Shown here: positions 29,826-40,097 of the stretch, in pieces
Layout of the letters: every line of letters starts with the position of its first letter
Position numbering within the stretch: the first letter of the stretch is position 1
Assembly (NCBI GenBank): GCA_963766305.1
Contig: CAVYAE010000078.1
Location: forward strand, 6,811-70,810
Length of the DNA stretch: 64,000 bases
Origin: an uncultured Bacteroidota bacterium
GTDB lineage: Bacteria > Bacteroidota > Bacteroidia > Bacteroidales > JAAUTT01
Reading direction: 5' to 3'
Program-made: the position numbers and the translations under genes
The notes under the pieces: model-generated
What the model was told of the DNA's origin: nothing
The model's database searches: none
The model's input: the letters and a program-made list of their open reading frames with translations, nothing else

Positions 29826-30779
29826 ATGAAGTTAAAGCCAATATTTTTTATTTCTATTTTGATACTATTATTTCAGAATGTGTATTGCCAGGAAATTGTC
29901 CAGTTAAAAGATTATTTGTCAAATAGCTTATATAATATTAACCCTGCAGCTGCAGGTTATAACGGAGGTTTTGTTTCTCAGCTTTCCTATTCCAAATACT
30001 GGACAGACATACCAGGTTCTCCTGAAAGCCAGATCTTTAGTAATAGCATACGCTTGGGAGAAGAAGAGTTTTATGATCCAAAAATGTTTAAAACCAAACC
30101 TATTTTGAACCTCAGCAATCATGTGAGTTTAGGTTTTACAGTTTACAATGAAACCGAAGGTCCCCTGGAGCATACCGGTTTGATGGCAGCATACGCATAT
30201 CACATTTACCTGAACGATTTTCGCTTGTCATTAGGACTGGCGGGATTGATTACCCAGTATAGTTTAAATACACAGCTTTTTAAACCTTATGATACGTATG
30301 ATCCCGAGTTATATACAAACACTTCGGCAACAATACCTGATTTTAATATTGGCGCTATGTTATATAACAGACTGTTTTATATGGGCTTTTCTGTAAATGG
30401 CATCGTTAACTTCAGAAAAATAATGGATCATCAGCAAACCCAGCCAGACAAGGTTTTTTTTGTTGGAAATAAGTATATTATTAATGACAGATTTATGTTC
30501 GAACCTTCATTCTTCATTTGGGATTACGGAGATGGAAGTTTATCCGCAGATATTAATGCCAGGCTTACTTATAAGGATTATAGCTCCCTGCTGGTTGCAT
30601 ATCATGGCACAGGGGAACTTATAATAGGAATAGGAATTGGTTTGATGCGCGGATTACAACTTTGGTACAATTATAATATAAGTACCAACGGACTCTCCTC
30701 CCTGACCGACGGAAGCCAGAACATATCGATTATAGCTAATATTACAGAGCTTAAACAAAAATATAAATACTCCTGGTAA
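29826..30779 (+). CDS. PorP/SprF-family type IX secretion system membrane protein
   Basis: Signal peptide, then 'YNINPAAAGYNGG' (the family's N-terminal NPA motif), with beta-barrel-like alternation to the C-terminus. Immediately followed by a type-B CTD cargo gene. Confidence 0.8.
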   Translation: MKLKPIFFISILILLFQNVYCQEIVQLKDYLSNSLYNINPAAAGYNGGFVSQLSYSKYWTDIPGSPESQIFSNSIRLGEEEFYDPKMFKTKPILNLSNHVSLGFTVYNETEGPLEHTGLMAAYAYHIYLNDFRLSLGLAGLITQYSLNTQLFKPYDTYDPELYTNTSATIPDFNIGAMLYNRLFYMGFSVNGIVNFRKIMDHQQTQPDKVFFVGNKYIINDRFMFEPSFFIWDYGDGSLSADINARLTYKDYSSLLVAYHGTGELIIGIGIGLMRGLQLWYNYNISTNGLSSLTDGSQNISIIANITELKQKYKYSW

Positions 30780-30818
30780 AATAAAACTTAAAAACGACCC
30801 ATACCAATTTTTAAATAA

Positions 30819-33336
30819 ATGAAACAGCTATTAATAATTATATTTTCTGTAATAATTACTAATAATATTTATTCCCAGGTTGGTCCCTATTTTGTAAACT
30901 ATAACACTGCCAACAGCAAAATCGCAGGCCAGACAATTAATGCCATTGCCATTGATAACAACGGGAATAAATGGTTCGGCACAAATGGTAACGGAGTTTC
31001 AAAATTAAACGGGCAAACTTTATGGACAAACTATAATTTACAAAATACAGATTCCATGCCAGGCAGTGGATTAATCAGTAATTTTATTTTTAGCATTTCT
31101 GTTGATAATCGCGACAGTTTATGGTTTGGAACTGACAGGGATGGTATATCAGAATTTAACGGGATTAGAAATTGGGTAACTTACAAATATTTTATCAATG
31201 AACCTGCAGGTTATTCAGTCAATGCAATAGTTCAGGATAATCAGAACAACATGTGGTTTGGTACTACCGGGGACAGTTTGCTTGAATTTGATGGTAAAAA
31301 CTGGCATTACTGGAACATAAAAAATAGCCTTCTAGCCGGTGATACTATCACAGGAATAGCAACAGACAAAAATAATAATATTTGGTTTGTCAGTTTTGGA
31401 TCAGGTATATCAGACTATAACAATGGTTGGCTTAATAAATACAAATTTCCGGTATGGCAATATCGATATGTTCATAGCATTGCAATTGATACTGCCGGGA
31501 ATAAATGGTTTGGAACTTATGCTGTAAATGGCTCTGATGTACTTATAATTAAATTTGATGGAAAAACTACCGCTTCTATACATGGCATATCAACTTCTAT
31601 TCTTTCAATCGATATAGATATCAATAACAAATTATGGATTGGAACTAACGGTAACGGTTTGTTTGAATTTGACTGTAATTCACTTGCTTTGCTTAATAAT
31701 TATAACACCGGCAATAGCAACATAGCAAGTGATACTATAAAATCAGTAAAAGCAGAGGGTTCAAGTAAAGTATGGACCGGCACCGCAAACAAAGGAGTTT
31801 CTGAATTGATTTACTGCGATAGTACATTAGTTACTAAGCCAGATACTGTAACGGTCAATGCAGATTATTTAAAGAAAGATACATTAACTGCCTCATCATT
31901 AAATGGTTTTAACTATGTTTGGCAACCTGCTTCGGAATTTAATCCCGACACCGGAAGAATAAATTACATAACACTTAAACGTTCTGATACAGTAAGTGTT
32001 ACATATAATAATTCGGTTGGTTGCCCTGTCAGGGAAGTAATTATAATTCAGGTTCAATTAAACTGTAAAAACAATGATACAACTGTTATTGATAGCCTCC
32101 AACCAGGGACCCCAATAACTTTAAAAACATGGTTACCAAATGGATCCGACTATCTTTGGGAACCCCGGGATTGCAGCCCAACACAGACACAATGAATTAT
32201 ATTGCAGGCAATCAAACTGTATCACGGTTACATTTAAAGATTCTATAGGATGCCCGGCTGAAGAAACGTTTATTTTAGCAGTTCCTATTGATTGCAATAA
32301 ATTTAGAGATACTACAGTAATAGATTCGATTATACCCGGCACTAACAAAACATTAAAAGCCATTCGTCCGACACAATTTTCAAACTGGCCGGCTTCATTA
32401 ACCTGGCAATGGTCTCCGGTGTCTTTAGTAAGCAGATTCAATGATTCCATTACTACCGCGAAAAATATATCTTTTGATACCATAATTACTGTCACAATGA
32501 ATTATCAGAATAAGTGTCAGTGGACTGATAGCTTTAAAATAGTTAATATCTGTAAACAAGGCTTATATTCGCTTTACCACGGTTTTGATTCATTAGCGTA
32601 TCCCGGATTGTATGTTGTACTGGATTCAGTTCCTGCAGGGGCACTGAATTATTCGTGGCAACCAGCTTCCGGGTTAAGCTGCAGCAATTGTTATAATCCC
32701 GGGGTCACTATAAATAATCCGGTTACTTACACTGTAAGCATTGAAGATAAATATCACTGTATAACAAAAGAGAATTTTGTATTTTCAATTGTCAATTGTG
32801 ATACCGAGTATAATGTTATCAACAGCCCTCTCTTAATGTTAGACACTACCCTTACAGGGATAAGTATAGTTCAGCTTAATGCTTCACAAAGTTATAACGG
32901 ATACCAGTGGAGCCCTTATACCTGGTTAACTTGTGAATGTAATAATACTACAGGCATATATTGTAACTGTGAGAGCCCTTCTGTTAATGCCGAGCGATCG
33001 GTAACATATACTGTAAAACTTGAAGATAAATGGAGATGCGCGTATTCTGAAGAATTTAAAATTATTATGAATTCCCCTGAAGTTATTGTCCCGAATATTA
33101 TTACTCCCGATGCTGGAGGCCCTAACAGGTTTTTAATAATAACCGGCCTGGTTACTCCCAGTACGATTAAGATATTTAATGACAGAGGATCGGAAGTTTA
33201 TTCGAATGATAACTATCTGAATAACTGGTATGGCCTGGATTCGCATGGTAATGAACTACCTGAAGGGACCTACTATTATGTCCTTACTGTTCCCAATGCC
33301 GGAGAATATAAAGGATGGGTGTATTTAAAAAGATGA
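30819..33336 (+). pseudogene. Large T9SS substrate (Reg_prop beta-propeller repeats + Cys-rich repeats + type-B/CHU_C C-terminal sorting domain), split by one frameshift
   Basis: N-terminal repeats 'NKWFGTNGNGVSKLNG / SLWFGTDRDGISEFNG / NMWFGTTGDSLLEFDG ...'. The C-terminus 'VPNIITPDAGGPNRFLIITGL...IKIFNDRGSEVY...GNELPEGTYYYVL...GWVYLKR' is the gliding-motility C-terminal domain. The 32140 ORF continues the repeat register of the 30819 ORF after a 1-nt shift near 32185-32192. Confidence 0.8.
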
Positions 33337-33535
33337 TGATAATAACAATTATAAGCTTGTCAATAATAACAGGTCAAATTTCAAATGTACAGATGTGAAA
33401 ATGATTACGGATTACTGTTGACAGAAGATAACAGAAGGAATATAAATAAGCAAGTATTGGATTAAATAATTCAATATTGTAATCCAGGTATTTTACATTC
33501 ATCATTTCCTAAACTCCTATTAAAATTTTAGAGTT

Positions 33536-33931
33536 ATGAAAATAAAACGGAGACACGATTTTAAGGCAGAAGTAGCAACGGCGTCTTTAAATGACATAAT
33601 GTTTTTTTTATTGTTGTTTTTTCTCATTGTAGCCACTTTTGCCAACCCGAATGTCATTAAACTCATGCTTCCCAAGGCAAGTTCAAGCCAGACAATTTCA
33701 AAAAAGCAGGTTACCCTGTCAGTTACCCTGGATAAGAAATATTATATCGACCAGGTGCAGGTGCCTGCTCAAGATCTGGAGCTGGCGATTACAAATAAAA
33801 AAAAGTTAATTAACGATTTGACAATAATAGTACGAGCTGACCAGAAATTAACTATCCAGGATCTGGTGGATGTCTTAGAAATTGGGAAAAGGGCCGATGT
33901 TAAAATGATACTTGCCACTGAAAAAGAATGA
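33536..33931 (+). CDS. exbD: ExbD/TolR biopolymer transport protein
   Basis: 'SLNDIMFFLLLFFLIVATF' N-terminal TM segment followed by a periplasmic domain (131 aa), typical of ExbD. Confidence 0.85.
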   Translation: MKIKRRHDFKAEVATASLNDIMFFLLLFFLIVATFANPNVIKLMLPKASSSQTISKKQVTLSVTLDKKYYIDQVQVPAQDLELAITNKKKLINDLTIIVRADQKLTIQDLVDVLEIGKRADVKMILATEKE

Positions 33932-33940
33932 GTTAAGATA

Positions 33941-34003
33941 GAAAATTGATTATTGAAAATTGATTATTGAAAATTGATTATTGAAAATTGATTATTGATT
34001 ATA
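33941..34003. repeat. Tandem repeat, 14-bp unit GAAAATTGATTATT x4 plus a partial copy
   Basis: Perfect copies at 33941, 33955, 33969 and 33983, then GATTATA. Begins 10 nt after the exbD stop. One solitary copy of the unit lies at 37127-37140. Confidence 0.95.
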
Positions 34004-34201
34004 AATGTACTATAAGAATATATCTAAATAGGTTATTTAATAAAATTATAGAAATGAGTCTTTTATCTTTAGGCATTGTATCATCAGGGCATAAATCTCA
34101 TAAAAGAACCGATGAATACAACAAGAATGCAGTAACAATTAAAAATGACTTGAAATTAAAATATTCTGAAATGGAAAAGGGGGAAACAAATATTTTCAGA
34201 A

Positions 34202-35500
34202 TTATTGCTTATCCTTTATTTGAAACTTCAGAAAGCTAATCATTACCAGACTAATTATAAAAAACAGGGATAACATCAGAGCGCTGTTACGCATACTGCC
34301 TGTAACCTGGTTGATGAAACCGAAGCTAAACATGCCAAGTACTATGGCAAACTTTTCTGTTATGTCGAAAAAACTGAAATAGGATGCAGTATCTGTTGTA
34401 TCACCAGGAATAAGTTTTGAATAGGTTGAACGGGCCTGGGATTGAATGCCGCCCATGACCATACCGACCAGCGCAGCAAGTACATAAAACTGAACTTCAT
34501 TGGTGATCACATAAGCCGATATGCACACCAGAATCCAGATAATTAGCATAATAATTAGAGATAATTTATTTCCCCATAGGGAGGAGATCTTTCCAAAAAG
34601 CATAGAACCTGCTATACCCAGCACCTGAATAATTAATATGGTTACTATAAGCTTTGAACCTGTTATACCCAGCTCGGAACTTCCAAAGAGGGTAGCAACC
34701 AAAATTATGGTCTGTACACCCATACTAAAGAATAAAAATGCCAGCAGAAAAATACGCATGGTATTTTGTTTACTCACCGACCTGTACACAGAAATAATTT
34801 CCCTGAATCCTTTGGAGAACACACTTGTTTTTAAGGTAAACTTACCTGGATATTCTTTTAAAAAATAAATAGGTATTTGAGCTATCGCCATCCACCATAC
34901 CCCGACTTCAAGAAATGAAAACCTTACAGCGTCCGTTTTTGAGTGGAAGCCAAAAGACTGGAATTTTTCAATTGTTATAAGGTTAAAAATAAGCAGTATC
35001 ATACTTCCGGCATATCCCCATGAAAAACCCCTCGCACTTACCATATCCTGTTTATCGGGAGTGGCTATTATTGGTAAAAAAGAATTATAATATACAAGCG
35101 AGCCGGCATATCCAACCACAGCCAAACCTGCCAATGACAAACCATAATTAATATTAGGGCCTGTAAACCAATACAACCCAAAACAGGATGCCGATCCTAT
35201 AAAAGTGAAGAACTGCATGAAACGTTTCCTGTATCCGCCCAGGTCGGCAATACCCGATAATAAAGGAGTTAAAAATATAATAACAAAATAAGCGGCGGCA
35301 ATAACATATGTGTATATTACATTGTTATTAATTGTTATACCTAAAAACTTTACCATATTTCCGCCAAAAGCATCCCTGGTTGCTGATTCGTAGTAAATAG
35401 GAAAAATTGCCGTTGTGATAATAAGGTTATATGCCGAGTTGGCTATGTCGTATGAACACCACGCGTTTATGACCTTTCTGACGTTTTTTTCAATTATCAT
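34202..35500 (-). CDS. MFS transporter (UMF1/Atg22-like subfamily)
   Basis: 432 aa, about 12 TM segments. 'WCSYDIANSAYNLIITTAIFPIYY' N-terminus is characteristic of the UMF1 family. Confidence 0.75.
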   Translation of the reverse strand: MIIEKNVRKVINAWCSYDIANSAYNLIITTAIFPIYYESATRDAFGGNMVKFLGITINNNVIYTYVIAAAYFVIIFLTPLLSGIADLGGYRKRFMQFFTFIGSASCFGLYWFTGPNINYGLSLAGLAVVGYAGSLVYYNSFLPIIATPDKQDMVSARGFSWGYAGSMILLIFNLITIEKFQSFGFHSKTDAVRFSFLEVGVWWMAIAQIPIYFLKEYPGKFTLKTSVFSKGFREIISVYRSVSKQNTMRIFLLAFLFFSMGVQTIILVATLFGSSELGITGSKLIVTILIIQVLGIAGSMLFGKISSLWGNKLSLIIMLIIWILVCISAYVITNEVQFYVLAALVGMVMGGIQSQARSTYSKLIPGDTTDTASYFSFFDITEKFAIVLGMFSFGFINQVTGSMRNSALMLSLFFIISLVMISFLKFQIKDKQ

Positions 35501-35510
35501 TTTTCGTAGT

Positions 35511-35607
35511 GTTTATACGTTTATTCGTTTATTCGTTAATAGAGTTTATTCGTTAATAAAGTTTATTCGTTTATTCGTTTATTCGTTAATAGAGTTTATT
35601 CGTTTAT
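35511..35607. repeat. Higher-order tandem repeat built from 8-bp CGTTTATT and 17-bp CGTTAATAGAGTTTATT units
   Basis: Pattern A-A-B-B'-A-A-B-A lying directly upstream of the MFS start codon (35500, minus strand). Confidence 0.9.
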
Positions 35608-35688
35608 AATTAATTCTATAAACTTTATCAACCTTATCAAATCATAAACTTCTATTATTGTTCAATAGTATTTTATAGAATTAAAAAG

Positions 35689-37035
35689 CTATATAATCCA
35701 TGCATTGTTCACTAGCGATTTCATTGCTTTCTGAACCTTTTCAAAGTTAAACTGCTTTAAGGTTTTGAAATATTTTTCTTTGATTTCGTTATTGCACAGA
35801 TTGCCAATGCTTCCCTCATGAGTGTGCTTAAGAGTTTTTGAAGGATTGAAGTTCCCTTTTGCAATATTTTCTCCAACTATTTTATAAGCTTCGCGGAATG
35901 GGACTCCCTGTAATACAAGTTTATTTACTTCTTCTACGCTGAAAATATAATTGTATCGCTGGTCTTCTAATATTTTTGTGTTAATAATCAGTTTATCCAT
36001 CATAAAGGCTGCAATATCAATACAGTTGATAATCTCATTAAAAGCAGGGAAAAGTGCTTCTTTCAGAAGTTGGAGATCACGGAAGTACCCTGATGGTAAA
36101 TTCATTAGCATTATAGTGATTGTAGTAGGAAGAGCCTGTATTTTATTGCATTTAGCTCTTATTAATTCAAACACATCAGGATTTTTTTTGTGCGGCATTA
36201 TAGACGAACCTGTTGTGTATTCGTCCGGCAGACTCACAAAAGAAAAGTTCTGGCTCATATACAAACAAACATCTGTTGCAAACCTTGCCAGGGTAGCGGC
36301 GACAGAGGACAAGGCAAAAGCTGTTATTTTTTCTGTTTTACCCCTGCCCATGTGGGCATATACTGAATTATAGCTGAGATCATCAAATCCCAGCAGTTCT
36401 GTCGTTAACCTTCTGTTCAGGGGGAACGATGAGCCTGAGCCGGCAGCAGCACCTAAGGGGTTTTGATTTGCAATTTTATAAGCTGTGTGCAAAAGCAACA
36501 GATCGTCCGCAAAGCTTTCGGCATAAGCACCAAACCACAATCCAAAAGAAGAGGGCATGGCAACCTGCAGATGCGTGTACCCAGGTAAGAGCACTTCCTT
36601 GTATTTTTCACTCTGTGCTATAAGAGAATTAAAAAGTTCAGTAACCGATTCCACGGTTTTTTGTATCTCACTTCTGATAAAAAGCTTACTGTCAACAAGG
36701 ACCTGATCGTTACGTGACCTGCCGCTGTGTACCTTTTTCCCGGCTTCCCCCAGTGTTTTGGTGAGCAAAAGCTCCACCTGGGAATGCACATCTTCAACCT
36801 CTGGTTCAATAAAAAACTTTCCTTTTTTTATTTGGTTGTAAATATTGATTAATTCCTTTTTAAGATCAGGCAATTCCTGAGTAGATATAAGTCCTATAGT
36901 TTCAAGCATAGTTATGTGGGCTATGGTCCCCAATACATCAAATTCTGCCAGATAAATATCCATATCCCTGTCGGTACCTACGGTAAAGGTATCTATCCAC
37001 TGGTTTACCGTAATGCCTTTTTCCCAAAGCTTCAT
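35689..37035 (-). CDS. argH: Argininosuccinate lyase
   Basis: 'HSGRSRNDQV', 'LPGYTHLQVAMP' and 'GSSIMPHKKNPD' signature motifs. Confidence 0.95.
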   Translation of the reverse strand: MKLWEKGITVNQWIDTFTVGTDRDMDIYLAEFDVLGTIAHITMLETIGLISTQELPDLKKELINIYNQIKKGKFFIEPEVEDVHSQVELLLTKTLGEAGKKVHSGRSRNDQVLVDSKLFIRSEIQKTVESVTELFNSLIAQSEKYKEVLLPGYTHLQVAMPSSFGLWFGAYAESFADDLLLLHTAYKIANQNPLGAAAGSGSSFPLNRRLTTELLGFDDLSYNSVYAHMGRGKTEKITAFALSSVAATLARFATDVCLYMSQNFSFVSLPDEYTTGSSIMPHKKNPDVFELIRAKCNKIQALPTTITIMLMNLPSGYFRDLQLLKEALFPAFNEIINCIDIAAFMMDKLIINTKILEDQRYNYIFSVEEVNKLVLQGVPFREAYKIVGENIAKGNFNPSKTLKHTHEGSIGNLCNNEIKEKYFKTLKQFNFEKVQKAMKSLVNNAWII

Positions 37036-37247
37036 GTTAATTGATAATTAATAATTTATTTAATAGGTATTATCGAACTTCCATGATTTTCATAATTGAT
37101 TCATAAGGTATCATGGAACTTTAAATATTGATTATTGAAAAAGGATTTAAATGTAGCAGATTTATTTGTTTCCAACAACTTGCAACCATCAACCAACTAA
37201 TAAATTTCTAAAATTTATACGAAGCTGCTGACTTTTTCTTAGTGAAA

Positions 37248-38522
37248 TTAAACAACTTTGAGAATTTCATTAATTATATCCAGTGTTTTATTCAGATCAG
37301 AGGGTGTATGTGCTAAAGAAATAAAATTAGTTTCGAATTGGGAAGGAGCAAAGAAAAGTCCCCTGGAGAGAGCATTTTTAAAGAATTTCTCAAAACGCAC
37401 TAAATTACTGGATTTTACATTTTCAAAATTATTAACTTCCCCATCCTGGAAAAATAATGTAAACATCGACTTAAACGTATTTACAACTATTCCTTTGTTC
37501 TGGGTTATTTCCTTTAGCGATAATAAAAACGTATCTGAGGTTCGGTTAAGATTATCATAAAACCGGTGTGATTTTAATAGGGATATGGCAGCTATGCCGG
37601 CAGCTACGGCTATAGGATTACCTGAAAGTGTGCCGGCCTGGTAAACTTGTCCTTCAGGGGCTATCATAGACATAATTTCCCTTTTACCCCCATACGCACC
37701 TATAGGAAAGCCACCACCTATAATTTTTCCCAAAGTTGTAATGTCAGGATTAACGCCGAAATATTCCTGGGCTCCTCCTATCTGAGGGCGGAAGCCGGTA
37801 ATAACCTCATCAAATATGAGCAGGGATTGGTTTTTTTGGGTGATGTCCCTCAACATTTGCAGAAATCCTTCTCCTGGTAACACAAGGCCCATGTTAGCAG
37901 GTACCGGCTCAACAATAATCCCGGCTATTTCACTGCCGTATTTATTAAAAATTTCTGCTACCTGATCCTTATTGTTGAAAGGAATACGGAGTGTATGTTG
38001 TACAAATTCATCTGGAACACCGGGTGATGAAGCAATGCCATGGGAGGCTAGACCCGATCCCGCCGATACGAGTAAATAATCGACATGACCATGGTAACAA
38101 CCGTCGAACTTTATTATTTTGTTTTTACCGGTAAAGGCACGGGCGAGGCGTATCGCACTCATAACTGCTTCGGTACCTGAATTTACCAGCCTGACCATAT
38201 CCATTGACGGTACGGAAGATGTAATCAGCTCGGCCAGAACAGTTTCTCCGGGAGTCGGCAGTCCATAGCTTGTGCCGTTCCACAGTACTTTCTCGACTGC
38301 ATTCATAATATTCTTATTAGCATGTCCCGCAATATGGACACCCCACGAAAGGCAATAATCAGTATATTGGTTATCATCCACATCGGTTATAGTCGAACCT
38401 GACGCCTTTTGAATAAATATAGGATCGCTGTTGACATTCTTAAAGGAACGTACAGGGCTGTTCACTCCTCCTGGTATATACATTTTTGCCTTTGCAAATT
38501 CCAAAACAGACTTGTCAATCAT
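37248..38522 (-). CDS. hemL: Glutamate-1-semialdehyde 2,1-aminomutase
   Basis: 'PGGVNSPVRSF', 'NSGTEAVMSAIRLAR', 'FDEVITGFR', 'LGKIIGGGFPIGAYGG'. Confidence 0.95.
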   Translation of the reverse strand: MIDKSVLEFAKAKMYIPGGVNSPVRSFKNVNSDPIFIQKASGSTITDVDDNQYTDYCLSWGVHIAGHANKNIMNAVEKVLWNGTSYGLPTPGETVLAELITSSVPSMDMVRLVNSGTEAVMSAIRLARAFTGKNKIIKFDGCYHGHVDYLLVSAGSGLASHGIASSPGVPDEFVQHTLRIPFNNKDQVAEIFNKYGSEIAGIIVEPVPANMGLVLPGEGFLQMLRDITQKNQSLLIFDEVITGFRPQIGGAQEYFGVNPDITTLGKIIGGGFPIGAYGGKREIMSMIAPEGQVYQAGTLSGNPIAVAAGIAAISLLKSHRFYDNLNRTSDTFLLSLKEITQNKGIVVNTFKSMFTLFFQDGEVNNFENVKSSNLVRFEKFFKNALSRGLFFAPSQFETNFISLAHTPSDLNKTLDIINEILKVV

Positions 38523-38638
38523 TTAACATATTTTTAGGTAAGAATATTAATTACGAAAGTATTGCATATGTCTGCATTAAAATTATAAAAACCTTTTATT
38601 AATTATTTTGTTTAACACAATATGAACTAAAAAAATCT

Positions 38639-39079
38639 ATGAAATCATCAGATTTATCATATATTCTGGTAGTTGACCGGTCACCACTGGAAGTTTTCAA
38701 TGCGATAAATAATGTCCGTGGATGGTGGTCAGGGGATCTTGATGGCGAAACCAACAAACCCGGAGATGAGTTTACGTACAGGTATGAAGATATTCATTAT
38801 TCCAAACACAAAATAACAGAATTAATTCCAGGCAAAAAAGTAGTTTGGCTTGTATTGGATAGTTCCCTGAGTTTTATTCAAAACAAAACAGAATGGAATA
38901 ATACTGAAATTACTTTTGATATTTCCGTGAAGGATAATAAAACTGAAATGCGGTTTACCCATATGGGTTTGTTGCGTGAAAGTGAGTGTTACAATGACTG
39001 TTACGACGCCTGGGGTTTTTATATTAACAATAGTTTGCTGAGATTGATTACAACCGGGAAAGGCGATCCAAACACCTGA
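38639..39079 (+). CDS. SRPBCC-superfamily protein (AHSA1/START-like)
   Basis: 146 aa. 'SPLEVFNAINNVRGWWS' start and overall pattern match the Aha1-like SRPBCC family. Confidence 0.7.
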   Translation: MKSSDLSYILVVDRSPLEVFNAINNVRGWWSGDLDGETNKPGDEFTYRYEDIHYSKHKITELIPGKKVVWLVLDSSLSFIQNKTEWNNTEITFDISVKDNKTEMRFTHMGLLRESECYNDCYDAWGFYINNSLLRLITTGKGDPNT

Positions 39080-39087
39080 GATGTAAT

Positions 39088-40074
39088 TCAGTGTAATGGT
39101 GAACCGATATTTAGCCTTGCAAACTCTTTTGCAAAATATGAAATAATATAATCAGCTCCGGCCCTTTTAATGGCTGTAAGTGTTTCAACCATCGCATTGT
39201 TTAAATCCATATAACCTGCCTCTGCAGCTGCTTTAATCATCATAAATTCTCCTGAAACCTGATATGCTACAAGGGTTCTTCCTGGAAAGGTTGTTTTTAC
39301 CCTTTGAATAATGTCCAGATAGGTATGGGCCGGCTTAACCATTACCCAGTGTGCACCTTCGTCGATAGCTGCAGCTATTGACTCAACAGGTTGATTTATT
39401 GTACGGAAATCCATCTGGTAACTTTTCCTGTCGCCAAAAGAAGGGGCCGAGTGGGCAGCATCCCTGAAAGGACCATAAAAAGCCGAAGCAAATTTAGCTG
39501 AATAGGACAAAATTTTGGTATTGACATATCCTCCAGCAGTTAATCGTTCACGAATAGCTTCTACCTGTCCGTCCATCATTGCTGAAGGTGCTACAAAATC
39601 TGCCCCGGCACGGGCATGTGTAACTGCCATTTCAGCCAGTAAAGGCAGGGAGGCGTCATTGTTTATTTCATTATTGTCAATCAAGCCACAGTGGCCATGA
39701 GAGGTATAACCACACAGGCATACGTCAGTAAAAACCTGTAATGTAGGGTATTGTTGTTTAATAGTCCTTACAGCCCTTTCTATCAGGTTATTGGGAGCGT
39801 ATGCTGCAGTTCCTCTTAAATCCTTTAAATTTTCATCTATTACTCCAAAAAGTAAAATTTTATTAATGCCATTAGATATTATATCTTTTAAATCGGATAC
39901 CAATTCATCTGTTGTGAACCGGTATATACCATCCAGTGTAGAAATAGGCTGGCGCAATCCGTGACCGTCTATAACAAAATACGGATAAATAAAATCATTG
40001 GCATTCAGCTTATTTACTTCCGAGTATTTATCACGGGTTTCTATATCTTTTCTGAACTGATGGAATCGTTGCAT
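39088..40074 (-). CDS. hemB: Porphobilinogen synthase (delta-aminolevulinate dehydratase)
   Basis: 'DVCLCGYTSHGHCG' metal site, 'APSAMMDGQV', 'VKPAHTYLDII' (Schiff-base Lys), 'YQVSGEF'. Confidence 0.95.
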   Translation of the reverse strand: MQRFHQFRKDIETRDKYSEVNKLNANDFIYPYFVIDGHGLRQPISTLDGIYRFTTDELVSDLKDIISNGINKILLFGVIDENLKDLRGTAAYAPNNLIERAVRTIKQQYPTLQVFTDVCLCGYTSHGHCGLIDNNEINNDASLPLLAEMAVTHARAGADFVAPSAMMDGQVEAIRERLTAGGYVNTKILSYSAKFASAFYGPFRDAAHSAPSFGDRKSYQMDFRTINQPVESIAAAIDEGAHWVMVKPAHTYLDIIQRVKTTFPGRTLVAYQVSGEFMMIKAAAEAGYMDLNNAMVETLTAIKRAGADYIISYFAKEFARLNIGSPLH

Positions 40075-40097
40075 TATTTAGGATTGAAATACAAAAT

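Noticed and set aside
33988-34239. 83-aa plus-strand ORF after the 14-bp repeat array.
   Set aside because: No recognisable motif. It starts inside repeat-derived sequence, and its 3' end overlaps the convergent MFS gene. It is probably non-coding.
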